From an uncultured virus (IMG/VR IMGVR_UViG_3300034061_003767) (lineage: Duplodnaviria; Heunggongvirae; Uroviricota; Caudoviricetes), in the IMG/VR virus record IMGVR_UViG_3300034061_003767: a stretch of DNA of 64,000 nucleotides, one strand, 5' to 3'. Every line of letters starts with the position of its first letter. Position 1 is the stretch's first letter. The notes under the pieces were generated by a model. That model did not search any database. It had not been told where the DNA came from and saw nothing but the letters and a program-made list of their open reading frames with translations. This document shows positions 29,543-40,800 of this stretch, one piece after another. The translations under genes and the position numbers were made by a program.

Positions 29543-31168
29543 TTATTCTCCTGGAGATGGACCTTCTGGACCATATTCTGATTCTTCTGGATCTTGAGAA
29601 TCATCTTCGCCGCTAGTTTCTGTTTTGTCTTCTTCGCCCACATCATCATCATTTATTGCAAAAACTGCAAAACAAGATATTCTATCATCTGTTTCTCTAA
29701 AAGTTCCTAGGTCTGGGTCGCTTAAGCCTAAGACGGGAGTGCCAGTATTTACCCATCCTCCAGCATTAGTTGGATCAGAACTAAAAATCTTTTCTTGAAA
29801 ATTTTCTCCTTTATAGTAACATATTTTTTCATTTAATGGAGTAAAAAACTGTTTACCATAATAAGTATTACCCAAATTCTGAACAAAACTATGTATATTT
29901 TGCAAATCCTCTTGAAATGCATCTGCTATTGTTTTAGCTTTTGTGGGACAGTTAAAGATATCCGTAAGAGCTTTGTATCGAACAGCGTCGTCTATAGATT
30001 GATCTTGTTTAACGCTCTCAAATACTTTTCTTACTCCTTCGTCATTTAAATTATAATTATTTACAACGGCTTTATTAAGTCCCCCTTTAATATTTTTATT
30101 AGTAACTCTTGTCCACCAAGCCTCATAAGAAGCCATAGCCGCTTTAATATCTTGTTCACTTATAGTATAGGGACCATTTCCTGGTATTGGTTTATTTAGT
30201 GTAATATTTAGATCCTTGATTCTTTTTCTAATCCAGAAACCATAACATTCATCAAATTTGAATGGAATAACAGGAATAAAATCATTACCATCCCACTCTT
30301 CTCCAAAATAATAATTAAATTTATGTACAGGACTTAGATAGTGTTGTTTTTCTCCAAATAATACTGCTTTGGTAACTTCATTTCTTAGTTCTTGTCCATA
30401 CGACAAGTCTGTAGCAGTGCCATCAAATTCATCAATAATATTTCCAAAAGATGTTGGTGGGATTTTAAGATCAATGGTTCCAATCTTAATTACAGCCCCA
30501 ACATCCATATATACATAAAATTCTAATCCTAATACTCCACAAACGTCTTGTAGTAATTGCAGTATACTAATACTAGGTCCGGGTATTCTGTAATACTCAG
30601 GAGTACCAGCCGGAAAAGAATTCCAATCAATTGTAAAATTATATCCTGTGGGACTACACAGTGTTGGATTTAATTGTTTTAATTTATTAATAATTTTTGT
30701 ATACGGAGTTCCTTTTTCAGTTGATCCAGATGATCCGAAAGTGTCGCAATTTCCTCCTAATACTCCTCCTTCATAAGAAGCATAAACATTACAATAATTA
30801 ACTCCTATTGTTGGTGGACCAAGATAAGAATCAATAATAACAACAAAGTTTTCTAATAACTGTCTAGGATCAACAACTTTAACATTAAATGTTCTACCAG
30901 AACCACCCTGGGTACCTGTCCAATTGGTCAACAATCCATTAAAACTAAAACCTGATCCATCAAGAAGACCAGTAGAAAAATATACAGGAGCGCCAACTTG
31001 CGCGGAATTATCTCCTGTGGGTGGCAAAAATACATCTCCAACATCACAGTCTTCTACTAAATCAACATTAAGACTACTCTCTTGTGCAGATCCTAAGCCT
31101 AGGGTTGTGTTGAAAGATAGTACCGTGGCTCCTAAAAATTTTATTGGAGATGTTATTATATCAGCCAT
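29543..31168 (-). CDS. baseplate hub / tail-tip protein
   Basis: FLGATVLSF...FSFNGLL...FNVKVVDPR...SILQLLQDVC...YGQE; position in the tail module. Confidence 0.55.
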   Translation of the reverse strand: MADIITSPIKFLGATVLSFNTTLGLGSAQESSLNVDLVEDCDVGDVFLPPTGDNSAQVGAPVYFSTGLLDGSGFSFNGLLTNWTGTQGGSGRTFNVKVVDPRQLLENFVVIIDSYLGPPTIGVNYCNVYASYEGGVLGGNCDTFGSSGSTEKGTPYTKIINKLKQLNPTLCSPTGYNFTIDWNSFPAGTPEYYRIPGPSISILQLLQDVCGVLGLEFYVYMDVGAVIKIGTIDLKIPPTSFGNIIDEFDGTATDLSYGQELRNEVTKAVLFGEKQHYLSPVHKFNYYFGEEWDGNDFIPVIPFKFDECYGFWIRKRIKDLNITLNKPIPGNGPYTISEQDIKAAMASYEAWWTRVTNKNIKGGLNKAVVNNYNLNDEGVRKVFESVKQDQSIDDAVRYKALTDIFNCPTKAKTIADAFQEDLQNIHSFVQNLGNTYYGKQFFTPLNEKICYYKGENFQEKIFSSDPTNAGGWVNTGTPVLGLSDPDLGTFRETDDRISCFAVFAINDDDVGEEDKTETSGEDDSQDPEESEYGPEGPSPGE

Positions 31169-31185
31169 ATTTTTAAGCTCATTGT

Positions 31186-33045
31186 TTAATTAAGTTTAGG
31201 TAAAATACATCCGTCATCACAAATATAAGCCAAACTTATACTAAAGGAACCATCAACTGGATTTTTAGTATATTGTTTTTGTGTTAGTATAAAATTTCCG
31301 CCCAATGGTAGTTTAATAGGAAAATCTCCATCATCCTCACAAGCTCCACAGCTAATTAATGTATTAAAATCTATTGCTTTTGGCTTGCCTTTGCATGACG
31401 GGTCTGTTCCAGAAATATTCAAAGTCACTGTTTTAGTCGTATAAGTTCCCAATTCCTGTATAATAGGACATTTTTCACTGTTAGGCACATTAAAAGTTGC
31501 TATTACTTTATTTGGTTTACTAGTTTGTATACTAATTTGAGTAAATTTAGCATTGTTGCCACTTTGACAGCTCGCGTTGTCGCTATTATATTCTACACTA
31601 TATGATATAGTACCACTATTATAGTCGTGTGTCAAGTTAAAAGATGCTGGATGGGGAGGGTCTGGTATTATACAACCATCTTCTGGAGGACAAACCGGGT
31701 CTGGTTTGACTTCATCTGATGTAGACAGGGCTTCATTATCGATACCCAATATGCTTTTGTATTGTGATTTTAAATCTCTTTTTCCACATTCTCCCAATCC
31801 TCCATTATAATCTGAGCTACTATATATTTTATCTAATACTATTTTAGCATTATTATATTTATCATCAGAACTACTATTAAGCAAAGTTATGGCTCCGCTA
31901 TTGGGTAGTGTAATAGCCTTATTAGTTCTAATTAATCCTCCTTCTATAAAACCTTCAATATTTCCTTCTATAGAAATAGTTTTAGAAATTTTACCATTAG
32001 TATCTCTAGTGGTTTGTATAGATTTACTAACAGAGTGCTTAGCTGCTGGATCTCCCCAATTTGAATTACCTAAAGTACTTTTCACTATAGCAGAATAGCT
32101 TGCAGAAAAAGATCCTTCTGATTCAGACACATCGCATGTAATTTCTTCATTATATATTTTATATGACGAATCCCCCAAAGAAGATAAAAGACCAGTGCTT
32201 CCAGGCAAATGAATATCATTTAATCCATCGGAGCTAGTGCAAGGGGTGTATGGGTTCTTAAGAACGTTACTAATTAAGCTCATTACTTGTTCATATAGTC
32301 TATATTGTACAAAATTTTTAGCTTGTTCCCAGGCTGGTAATAATGTAGCATTATTTCCGTCGTATATGTAGTGGTGTTTGCCTGTGGCATTTATAGAATA
32401 TTCAATATTAAATGTGGTGTTATTTAAATTTAAATTACCCCCAGAATCAATTGTTTCAATTCTGTCATAAGATTCATTTTCTCCAAAAGTAAAACTCCAA
32501 CTGTCGCTAAAGTTTTTGATTTTGAAACTATTAATATCTACTATGCCTGGTTGACCGTCAGGAAAAGAAGTAGGATCTAAGAATACGCTACCACACGATT
32601 CTGTAGATGACATAAAGTCTACTTCTGTAAACTCTAGAGATGCTGAATAAGTAGCAAAGTGTGTCCAGTTGTTATTAGATTCATCAAAACTAAAGGATCT
32701 TAAAATGCCCCCACGAGCTTCTAAAATAGTAGCATCTGTTTCTCCATTTACTATGCGTAAAACATTTCCATTATTGCTAAGTATCTTTCTTAATTTATTG
32801 ATATGATCAACAACTGCTCCAAGATTATAGTTTGTTGGATCTGTGTATTCATCTCCGTAATCAAGATTTCTTAAATCTAATGCTGTAGCTGATCCAGTTA
32901 AATTAAATATATAAGAATATCCTATAATAGTATCGTTACTATAAGTATATTCTGTAGAAATGGTAATATCTGGTGCTGGAATTAGTCTGTTTTCATCAGA
33001 TATCGAACCGTAATATATTTTAATATCTGGTTTATATGTGTTCAT
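31186..33045 (-). CDS. distal-tail-like protein, paralog 2
   Basis: Collinear similarity with 33049..34809 (RLxPAPxITIS, LxPAWxQAK, PIIQxLG, DGSxSISLxYxC). Confidence 0.6.
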   Translation of the reverse strand: MNTYKPDIKIYYGSISDENRLIPAPDITISTEYTYSNDTIIGYSYIFNLTGSATALDLRNLDYGDEYTDPTNYNLGAVVDHINKLRKILSNNGNVLRIVNGETDATILEARGGILRSFSFDESNNNWTHFATYSASLEFTEVDFMSSTESCGSVFLDPTSFPDGQPGIVDINSFKIKNFSDSWSFTFGENESYDRIETIDSGGNLNLNNTTFNIEYSINATGKHHYIYDGNNATLLPAWEQAKNFVQYRLYEQVMSLISNVLKNPYTPCTSSDGLNDIHLPGSTGLLSSLGDSSYKIYNEEITCDVSESEGSFSASYSAIVKSTLGNSNWGDPAAKHSVSKSIQTTRDTNGKISKTISIEGNIEGFIEGGLIRTNKAITLPNSGAITLLNSSSDDKYNNAKIVLDKIYSSSDYNGGLGECGKRDLKSQYKSILGIDNEALSTSDEVKPDPVCPPEDGCIIPDPPHPASFNLTHDYNSGTISYSVEYNSDNASCQSGNNAKFTQISIQTSKPNKVIATFNVPNSEKCPIIQELGTYTTKTVTLNISGTDPSCKGKPKAIDFNTLISCGACEDDGDFPIKLPLGGNFILTQKQYTKNPVDGSFSISLAYICDDGCILPKLN

Positions 33046-33048
33046 ATT

Positions 33049-34809
33049 TTATCCTTTGCAAGTATATTCTAATGATATACTATATGATCCATCTAGCTTA
33101 TTGGATGTATAGTCTTCTTTAGTTTTTACCCAACCCTCATTTTCTTGTATTAGTTGATCAAAATCTTTTATGTAAAATTTAGGTAAATTATCGCACACAT
33201 TAAAACAATCTTCACTAAATGAAGTGATACATTCTTTATTTTCTGAAGAAGCTCCGTCTATATTTATAGAAACAGTACGAGATGTTTTCATACCTAGTTT
33301 TTGTATAATTGGACCACCAGCCCTGCCGGGAATAACGAACTCTTGAATAATTTCTACTGGATCATTTCTTACAATTGAAATATTAGAATATCCTTTTTTA
33401 TTGCCATTAGTTGATGCTGTTTGAGTATCATATGCTGCGGTATATCCAACAGTACCAGCATATCCATGATCCAGAGTAAAAGAGGATGGCTTAGGAGAAC
33501 TATCATCCTCTTCTTCTCCTTGACATGCTGTATTAACTAATAGTTCTGCTTTAGTAATATTTAATTCAGACTTAAAATCTTCTAATAGATCTGTATCTTG
33601 TCCCACTTTGGCTTTATAATAGGCTAATGCGTTAGCATATTTAGTTTCTGCACTATCTATTGTAGAAATAAATAAACCATTTTTTGGCAAATCAAAATCG
33701 TTATTATAATATATAAAACCGCCCCTAACTAATCCTTGAATAGTGCCTTGTATATTCATAGTAACATTTTTAGATTTGTTGTCTGTAGAAATATTATGAG
33801 TATATGTGTGTAAAGCGGCATTTTCTGCTGGATTTACTTCGGGATTGTTTTTTTTAAGAGTAGCATTATATGTTATAGAAAAAGTACCGTCTGCTTCTGA
33901 TGTAGAACAATTAACTGTTTCATTATATACATCATAATTAGCGGTTCCATCTCTTAAAGTATTTCCACCAGTAAATAATCCATCTGTTCTTGGTGAAGCG
34001 GTATCAACTTGATGCAGGTCAGTGAGAGGCTCTACTGGGGAACATCCGTCTTGGTTGCTTGGTAGTATTTGTAATACTCCATTAATCAAGGCTTTAACCT
34101 GATCGTAAAGTTTATCTTGCACAAACATTTTTGCTTGTTGCCATGCTGGTACTAGATTATCATTAACATAATAATTTTTACCAGTAGCCGATAGATTATA
34201 TGAGACTCTGAATATATTATTATGAGTTCCATTATAATGCTCATATATTTGATTGTCAATAGTGAAAGACCATTTATCATTAAACGTTTTAATTTTATAT
34301 TTATTGATATCTATCAGATTTGATGATAGGGCAGAAGCGTCAAAAAACGAACTATTGCAACCTATTACTGCGTTGTTAGAGCAACCAATAAAATCTATTT
34401 CATTAAATTCTAGTTCTATAGTAAATGGAGCATAATTAACCCATCGATTTTCTGATTGATTAAAATTTATGCTTTTTATAGTACATCCTTTGGCCACTAT
34501 AACATTATTTCCACTTTGTTTTATATATAAATTGCCTCCGTTAGTATTAAAAATTTCTCTTATATCACCCATATGTTGAACGGTGTGATTCAATCCATAT
34601 AAGACCGATCCAGAGTCAACTTCTTTACGTAAAGCATTAGCGTAGCCATTTAATGTAACGCTGTATGTATAACCAACAATACTATCATTAGTATAATAAA
34701 TTTCTGGACTAATTGTGATAGTTGGGGCGGGGGCTAATCTGTGCGACGAGCCGGGTGTTTCACTTTGTTTGCAATAATAAACTTCTGTTGTTGCATTATA
34801 TCCTGGCAT
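33049..34809 (-). CDS. distal-tail-like protein, paralog 1
   Basis: Directly downstream of the TMP; beta-rich; paralogous to the next gene. Confidence 0.6.
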   Translation of the reverse strand: MPGYNATTEVYYCKQSETPGSSHRLAPAPTITISPEIYYTNDSIVGYTYSVTLNGYANALRKEVDSGSVLYGLNHTVQHMGDIREIFNTNGGNLYIKQSGNNVIVAKGCTIKSINFNQSENRWVNYAPFTIELEFNEIDFIGCSNNAVIGCNSSFFDASALSSNLIDINKYKIKTFNDKWSFTIDNQIYEHYNGTHNNIFRVSYNLSATGKNYYVNDNLVPAWQQAKMFVQDKLYDQVKALINGVLQILPSNQDGCSPVEPLTDLHQVDTASPRTDGLFTGGNTLRDGTANYDVYNETVNCSTSEADGTFSITYNATLKKNNPEVNPAENAALHTYTHNISTDNKSKNVTMNIQGTIQGLVRGGFIYYNNDFDLPKNGLFISTIDSAETKYANALAYYKAKVGQDTDLLEDFKSELNITKAELLVNTACQGEEEDDSSPKPSSFTLDHGYAGTVGYTAAYDTQTASTNGNKKGYSNISIVRNDPVEIIQEFVIPGRAGGPIIQKLGMKTSRTVSINIDGASSENKECITSFSEDCFNVCDNLPKFYIKDFDQLIQENEGWVKTKEDYTSNKLDGSYSISLEYTCKG

Positions 34810-34820
34810 AATTATTTATC

Positions 34821-37800
34821 CTATGAGTTCGGGGAAGCGCCCATAGCTCCACCTGTTTTATCCCAAATCTTGCCCATTGCCTTCTTAATTTCTGATTGCA
34901 TCATAGTCTCAAAATCTTTCTTTAAGCCTTCAAATGCTGCGGCTCCACTAATTCTCACATCAACAACGTGATTACCCCTCATTTCTATAACATCAGGGAT
35001 TGTTGGAAATTCAAATGTTACTAATTTATCCACATAACTAGCAAAATTAGTATTAAATGTATTTAATTTTTCAATACTAGTTGGATCTATAGTAAGTAAT
35101 TGACCTTCTGTTGGTGTTGTTGATGGTATTTGTTGTGTTGTGGTTTGTTGGTTTATAAATGACGCTTGAGGAGGCATAGTAACCGGAACAGGAGCGGATA
35201 CTACTCGATTAGCCGCATTAGCATTAGCTAGTTCCAATCTGTTTGGAGTAATAGGCTTATCACTTACTTGAGGTTGAGGAGTAGCCATGTTTTGGATAGC
35301 GCCGACCGCATTACCCGCAACATAGCTACCCAAAGCTCCCGCAGGACCCATAGCTGTTTGTAAGGCTTGGCCTGTACTCATTTCAACTCCAAAAGCTCCC
35401 GCTATTGCTTTGATAGGGGTTGCTATAACGTCTAATGCTGTGGCTATCACAGGAGAAATAGCATTAATTGGCGCTAATAGTGCGGATACTCCTGCGGATA
35501 CTTGATTTATTGCTGGAGTAAATACTGAAGCAATAGCTGCTAGTGTTGCATCTTTGGTATTTATACCCTCGGATAATGAGGCGATAGCCATTTGTTCTAA
35601 TGCGGCGAACGGAGCTTGTAGGTTGTTCAATGCCTCTAAAACTTTAGCATCACTAACAGCTAATCCTGGTTCTCCGCTAGCAAGAGAGCCAAGGGTATTC
35701 ATAGATTCTAATAGAACATCTAGTCTTTCTTGTAATCCAACATCATGAGTATATATGCTTCCGCTTTGTAGTGCTGCTGTTGCCATTTGAGCAACTAGAT
35801 CTAGAGGACTTTGTAATTGGGCTACTGATGTTTGAACTCCTTCTGTGGCCGATTTAACTTCTGTGTCGGTTTTTCCTTCTGCTACTGGACCAGATACCTG
35901 AGCAGCATCTAGAGGAGAAGGTTGACTAGTTACTTGACCTTGTTTTTCTTCTGCTGTTTTACTTTGTTCGGCTAATATTTGTTTTTGTTTTGCTAGTTCT
36001 GCTTGTTGAACAACTAAAGCCTCCTTAGAAGCATCTAAGCTACTTTGTGCTCCTAAAACATTTGGGTTAACAACTTGTCCACTCTTGTCTTTTAAAGTTC
36101 CAGCTCCCATAGCAGCAATTCTGGCTGCTTTTAATTTATTTTCTCTCTTAGCAATTTCTTTTTGTCTATCTGCTATTAGGGGTTCTAAATTTTTAATTTC
36201 TGCGGCAGCAGCTTTTTTTGCTTCTTCTTTTTGTCTAGTAGCTTTATCTTTGACCGGTTGTTCAGTACCCGGGGCTGGAGGAGCTTGTATGGGTGCTTTT
36301 GGAACACCGGCCACTTCTACTTTTGTTTGTGATGGAATAACTACCTGTGCTGATGGCTTAGCAACAGTACCAGCGGCTACTCTACCACTACCATCAGTAG
36401 CTACTGGCCTACCACCCTCTCTGGTTTGTACAGCGCGATCAATAGCATCTTGTGCTTTAACTTTGTTTGCTTCTGTTTGTTTAGTTTTTTCTTCTGCTTT
36501 TGCCCAATATGCTCTTTGAGCCTCTAGTGAGGTTTCCATTTCTCTAACCGCTTTATCTTTTGCTGCTAATGGGCCAAACTGACTAACAGTTTCTTTTCCT
36601 CCAGCTATCATTTGTTTAGCTTTTCTTTCTTTAGTATTAACAGCTCTAACTTCTTCTGAGCTAGAGAAGTATCCTAACTTATCTCTATCTTTCTTTGCTT
36701 CATTTAATAGTGTTTGACCTTGATCTATTTGTGCTTGTCCTTCTGATACTCTTGTTTCAGCATACGACGGTTCTGGTGGTTTTTTCTCCGGTTTAACTTC
36801 TGGTTTTGTTTGAGCATCCGTCTGTGCGTTGGCTGCGGCATTCGCCACAATATTTGGAAAATCTTCTGTTAGTTTTTTCCCTAAATCCATCATAGCTGCT
36901 GCTAAAATTTCTGATTGTGTCTGATATATTTTTCCTAATTCAATGTTTGCTTGAGCTTGTATTTCTGTTGCTTCTCTATAGGCAATAACATTAGGATCGG
37001 TTTCGTCAATGCCTCCTTCTAATCTTTTAGTTAATTCATCTAATGTTATATCTTTGCCAGCAATATTTTTAACAACATCTGTTCCTTTAAACGCTTGGCC
37101 AGTAGCTGGATTGATTTGAGATTCAAAACTTTTTCTAATCAATGAGGCTCGTGTTTGATTATACTCATCTTTAGTCATAAATCCACGCTCTTGTTCTAAT
37201 CCAGCAAAAGCATTTTGTCTATTTTGTCTACTCTCAAAAAATTCTGGACCAGATACTTGAGCAGCATTAAGGGCTACCGCTTGAAGTTCCATCTTGGCTA
37301 ATTCTTGAGGTTCCGCAGTAAATACCTTTTGTGCAAAGTCCGCAAAACCTTCTATTGCTTGTTGTTGCTCCTGAATTTTGCCTAAAGCATTCGCGGCCTT
37401 AGTGCCATCATTAGCCAATTTTTCTAATGCTTGGCGACCTTCTGCGGATGCTACCGTTAACTCTCCTACAGCTTGAATATTTTCTAATTGAGCTTGATTA
37501 AGCTGTTGTCTTAATGGATCTCCTGCTGGACCAGCAGGAATATTAGCTCCTGCTGCGGTTAATTCTGGGCTAGCTTTTTCTATTGCTTGTTTTCTTTTTT
37601 CTGCTGATGTAATTGCTGCGGCAATAGCTGTGGGATCAGATGATGCTCCAGCAGCAAGGTCTCCAGACTGTACTAATCCACCAGTTAGACTAGATATTTC
37701 CGCATCAAATGGTTTATTTAGTTCTTCTAAGCTAGGACTTCTACCAAGAGCTTTAGCAAGATCTAATTCTGCATTTAATCTAACTTGATCAGCCTTCCTG

Positions 37801-40800
37801 AGATATGATCCACTTTCTAAGATAGCTTTATTATAATCTGCTTGGAATTTTCTAGCTTGTTGTAGCGTATCATTGTATTTTTTAGTAACATTTTGTAGCT
37901 GTTCCAAACCTTTACCAACTGTGGAAAATGATTTTGTTACCGTGTCTTGTAGTTCAGCTTCTGATAAACCTTGTCCTTTAGCCAATTCATTTTTGAGATC
38001 TCCCAATATGGTATCTATAGCTGAACCTTCTAATCCTTGACTACTTAGTAAGTTTTTAACAGCCTCTAGTGCGTTATCTTGAGCGTCTGTATCTTTTCCT
38101 GCTGTTCTAAGCAAAGCTGGAATTTGATCTTGAACAAGTTTTTGTCCTACTGCTTGATTAGCAAGATTTTGTGCTTCTGGAGTACCTCCTAAAAATCCTG
38201 CTGTTGCGTTTGCTGCTGCTCTTACTTCTTCGGTTGAATAAGCTGAAACGTTGCCTAATACTTGTTCATTTGTTCTATTGACCTCTCTAGTACTAGTATC
38301 TCCACCCAAACCAGAGACAAGAGCATTTACGTCAGAACTAAACTGGTCCAATTCATCGCTATATCTTTGAGCTTCAGCGCCTATTCTTCTATAAACATCT
38401 AATAAGCTTTCTGTAGCTATAGCAACTTGTTTTGTGGCTTTAGCTAATAAATCTTGTTTAGCTGCTAATTCTCCTTGTGTTTTTAGTGCCTCTTCACCTT
38501 CTTTTTGTGCTGCTCCTCTGTTGCTAGAAATTTCTTTAGCTATCTGCTCATCTGTGGCGCCAGATTCTTTACGCTTTTTCATATAAGCATCTAAAGCTGC
38601 TCGTTCTTTGGCCTGAACAGTAATGCTTTTTGTTTGTTCTGCTGTTAGTTGTTTTGTTCCATTAGCAGCTTCTGCTGCTTTTAATGCTCCTTGAATATAT
38701 TGTTCTGTTATGGGGTTCAATTCGCCCGTACCAGTTTTAATATTATCAAATATTTTACCTACTTCTTCTGTGGATTTGAATTTTAATCCAGATTCGGCGA
38801 GCCTAGCAGCAGATTCATTTCTTTGACCGGCTCCTCCAACCATAGATCCTATAGCTTCTGTTCTTTGTGCTTCACTAGGAGCACTAAAATAGTCAACCAA
38901 TAAACCTCCTCCAGTAGCGCCAAAAGCTGTTTGTAGTCCTCCTAATACTATCTTACTAATATCTCCTTCGGCAAAACCAGTGGATACCTTGTCTACGCCT
39001 CCAGTAAAAGTTGATCCTATACTTTCAACTCCAGTTTTACTGAACGCTAAATCTTCTATAGGTTGACCGGCTGCTAAAACATCTCCAAAAGCTTTTTGAG
39101 CATTTTCAAGATTAACAGCACTAGCTTCTGATTCCAGTTTTTTAAATGCTTGATCTAAGTCTCCAGTAGTTTTAGCAATATTCTCTAGAGCGTTGGTAAG
39201 TATGGCTTGATTTTTACCACTAAAGAATCCTTGAATACCTCCGATAATTGCTCCTCCAACACCACCAATAAGTGTTCCTATCGGCCCAGCAAAGCTACCC
39301 AATTGGGCTCCTATCGCCGCTCCGCTACCAGCGCCTCCTAGAGCCCCTAATGCCCCAGCAGTATTTGGGTCACTTGTTACGCTCTTTGGTAGAAATTGTT
39401 TAAGAGCTTCCGCACCTGTTGCTACTCCAGCACCAATGCCAGTAAATCCTCCAGCACCAGCAAAAGCTCTACTTAACTTGCCACCCTTACCACTAATAAA
39501 ATCAGCTCCAGCTCCAAGACCTTTGCCGATACGAGTTTTAGAAAATTTTTCTGTTAATCCAGGAGCAAATTCTGCTAATCCGCCAAATCTTTGACCTTCT
39601 TTACTAGATATAAATTGTTGTTCTTTAATTTTTTGTGGAGAAATTTCTGCTCTTAAAGATTGTTCGCTTAATCCTGCTGCCTCTGCCACTCTTTTAAAAG
39701 CTTCGTCTAAATTTTGAGTTTCGGTAAATGTTTTATTAAATACTGCTTGAAGTTCGCTATTAGCTTCTATGATTTGTTTAACTGACTGATCTCCTTTTGC
39801 CAATCCTTCTGCCAATTTTGTTGCTGCTTTTCTAGCTTCACCCAAGCCTAGGTTAGGATCCACTTTACGCAAACTGGCTGCAAATTCTTCTATAATGTTT
39901 TGAACCTTAGATGCTTCTTCTCCAGTTGCTCCTTCTGCTGTGGCTTTGGCCACATCAACACCCTGAAGCTCTCTTGCTCTACCAGCAAATGTTGTTTGCG
40001 CTTCTGTTTTTGCAAATTGTCTTTCTTGTCCGATAGCGTATGCCTGAGTTCCTATTTGTTTGGTTAAATCTTGTCTAAAGCCACCAACTGTTTTTCCAGC
40101 TTTTTCTGCTTTATAAGCAAAAAATTGTTGTTGTTCTTGTCTAATTTGTTCGTTTACTTTTGGCATTCCAGACATTCCTGTTGCTGAAGCATCTGCTGCT
40201 TTTTTAGCGTCATAGAACGGGTCTGCTGCTCTAGCTTTAGTTTCCCTTAGTTGTTCTACCTGTTGTCTTTTTGAAGTTGCTATTTGTTCAGGGACTTTCG
40301 CTTGTTCTGTTTTTATTTCACCGGTTTGAGCCGCTTCTATACTGGCTTTGGTATCTGCTATAGCAGATCTTTGTTGTTGTATTAAATTGGCTTCTTCTTT
40401 AGAATTTTTACCAGCAGCAGCTATTCTCGTAGCATAGAAAGCTCTAATATTATCGACTTCTGTTTGTAATATATCTTGATATTTTTGAGTAACATTTTTA
40501 CGAACTTGTTCCATAGCATCGGCAACTTCTTGATCGGCAGTTTTTTGCAAATCTGATTTTGCTTTTTCTTTATTGGCGTCAGGAGTATTAGTCGATACTG
40601 TCGCTGCTTTTTTTGCCTCCTCTACATCTACTGCTTTTTGTCTAGCCTCTGCTACCTTGTTTGTAGCTTGCGATTTTCTTGATTGTGTTTCTCCTAGTTG
40701 TGTCTCCGCTGCTTTTACTGCATCTTTTGCTGTTTGTCTTTCGGTTTGAGTTGAAGATTTTCCAAGGTTTTGTTTTCTTTTTTTAGCTTCTTCTAATTGT

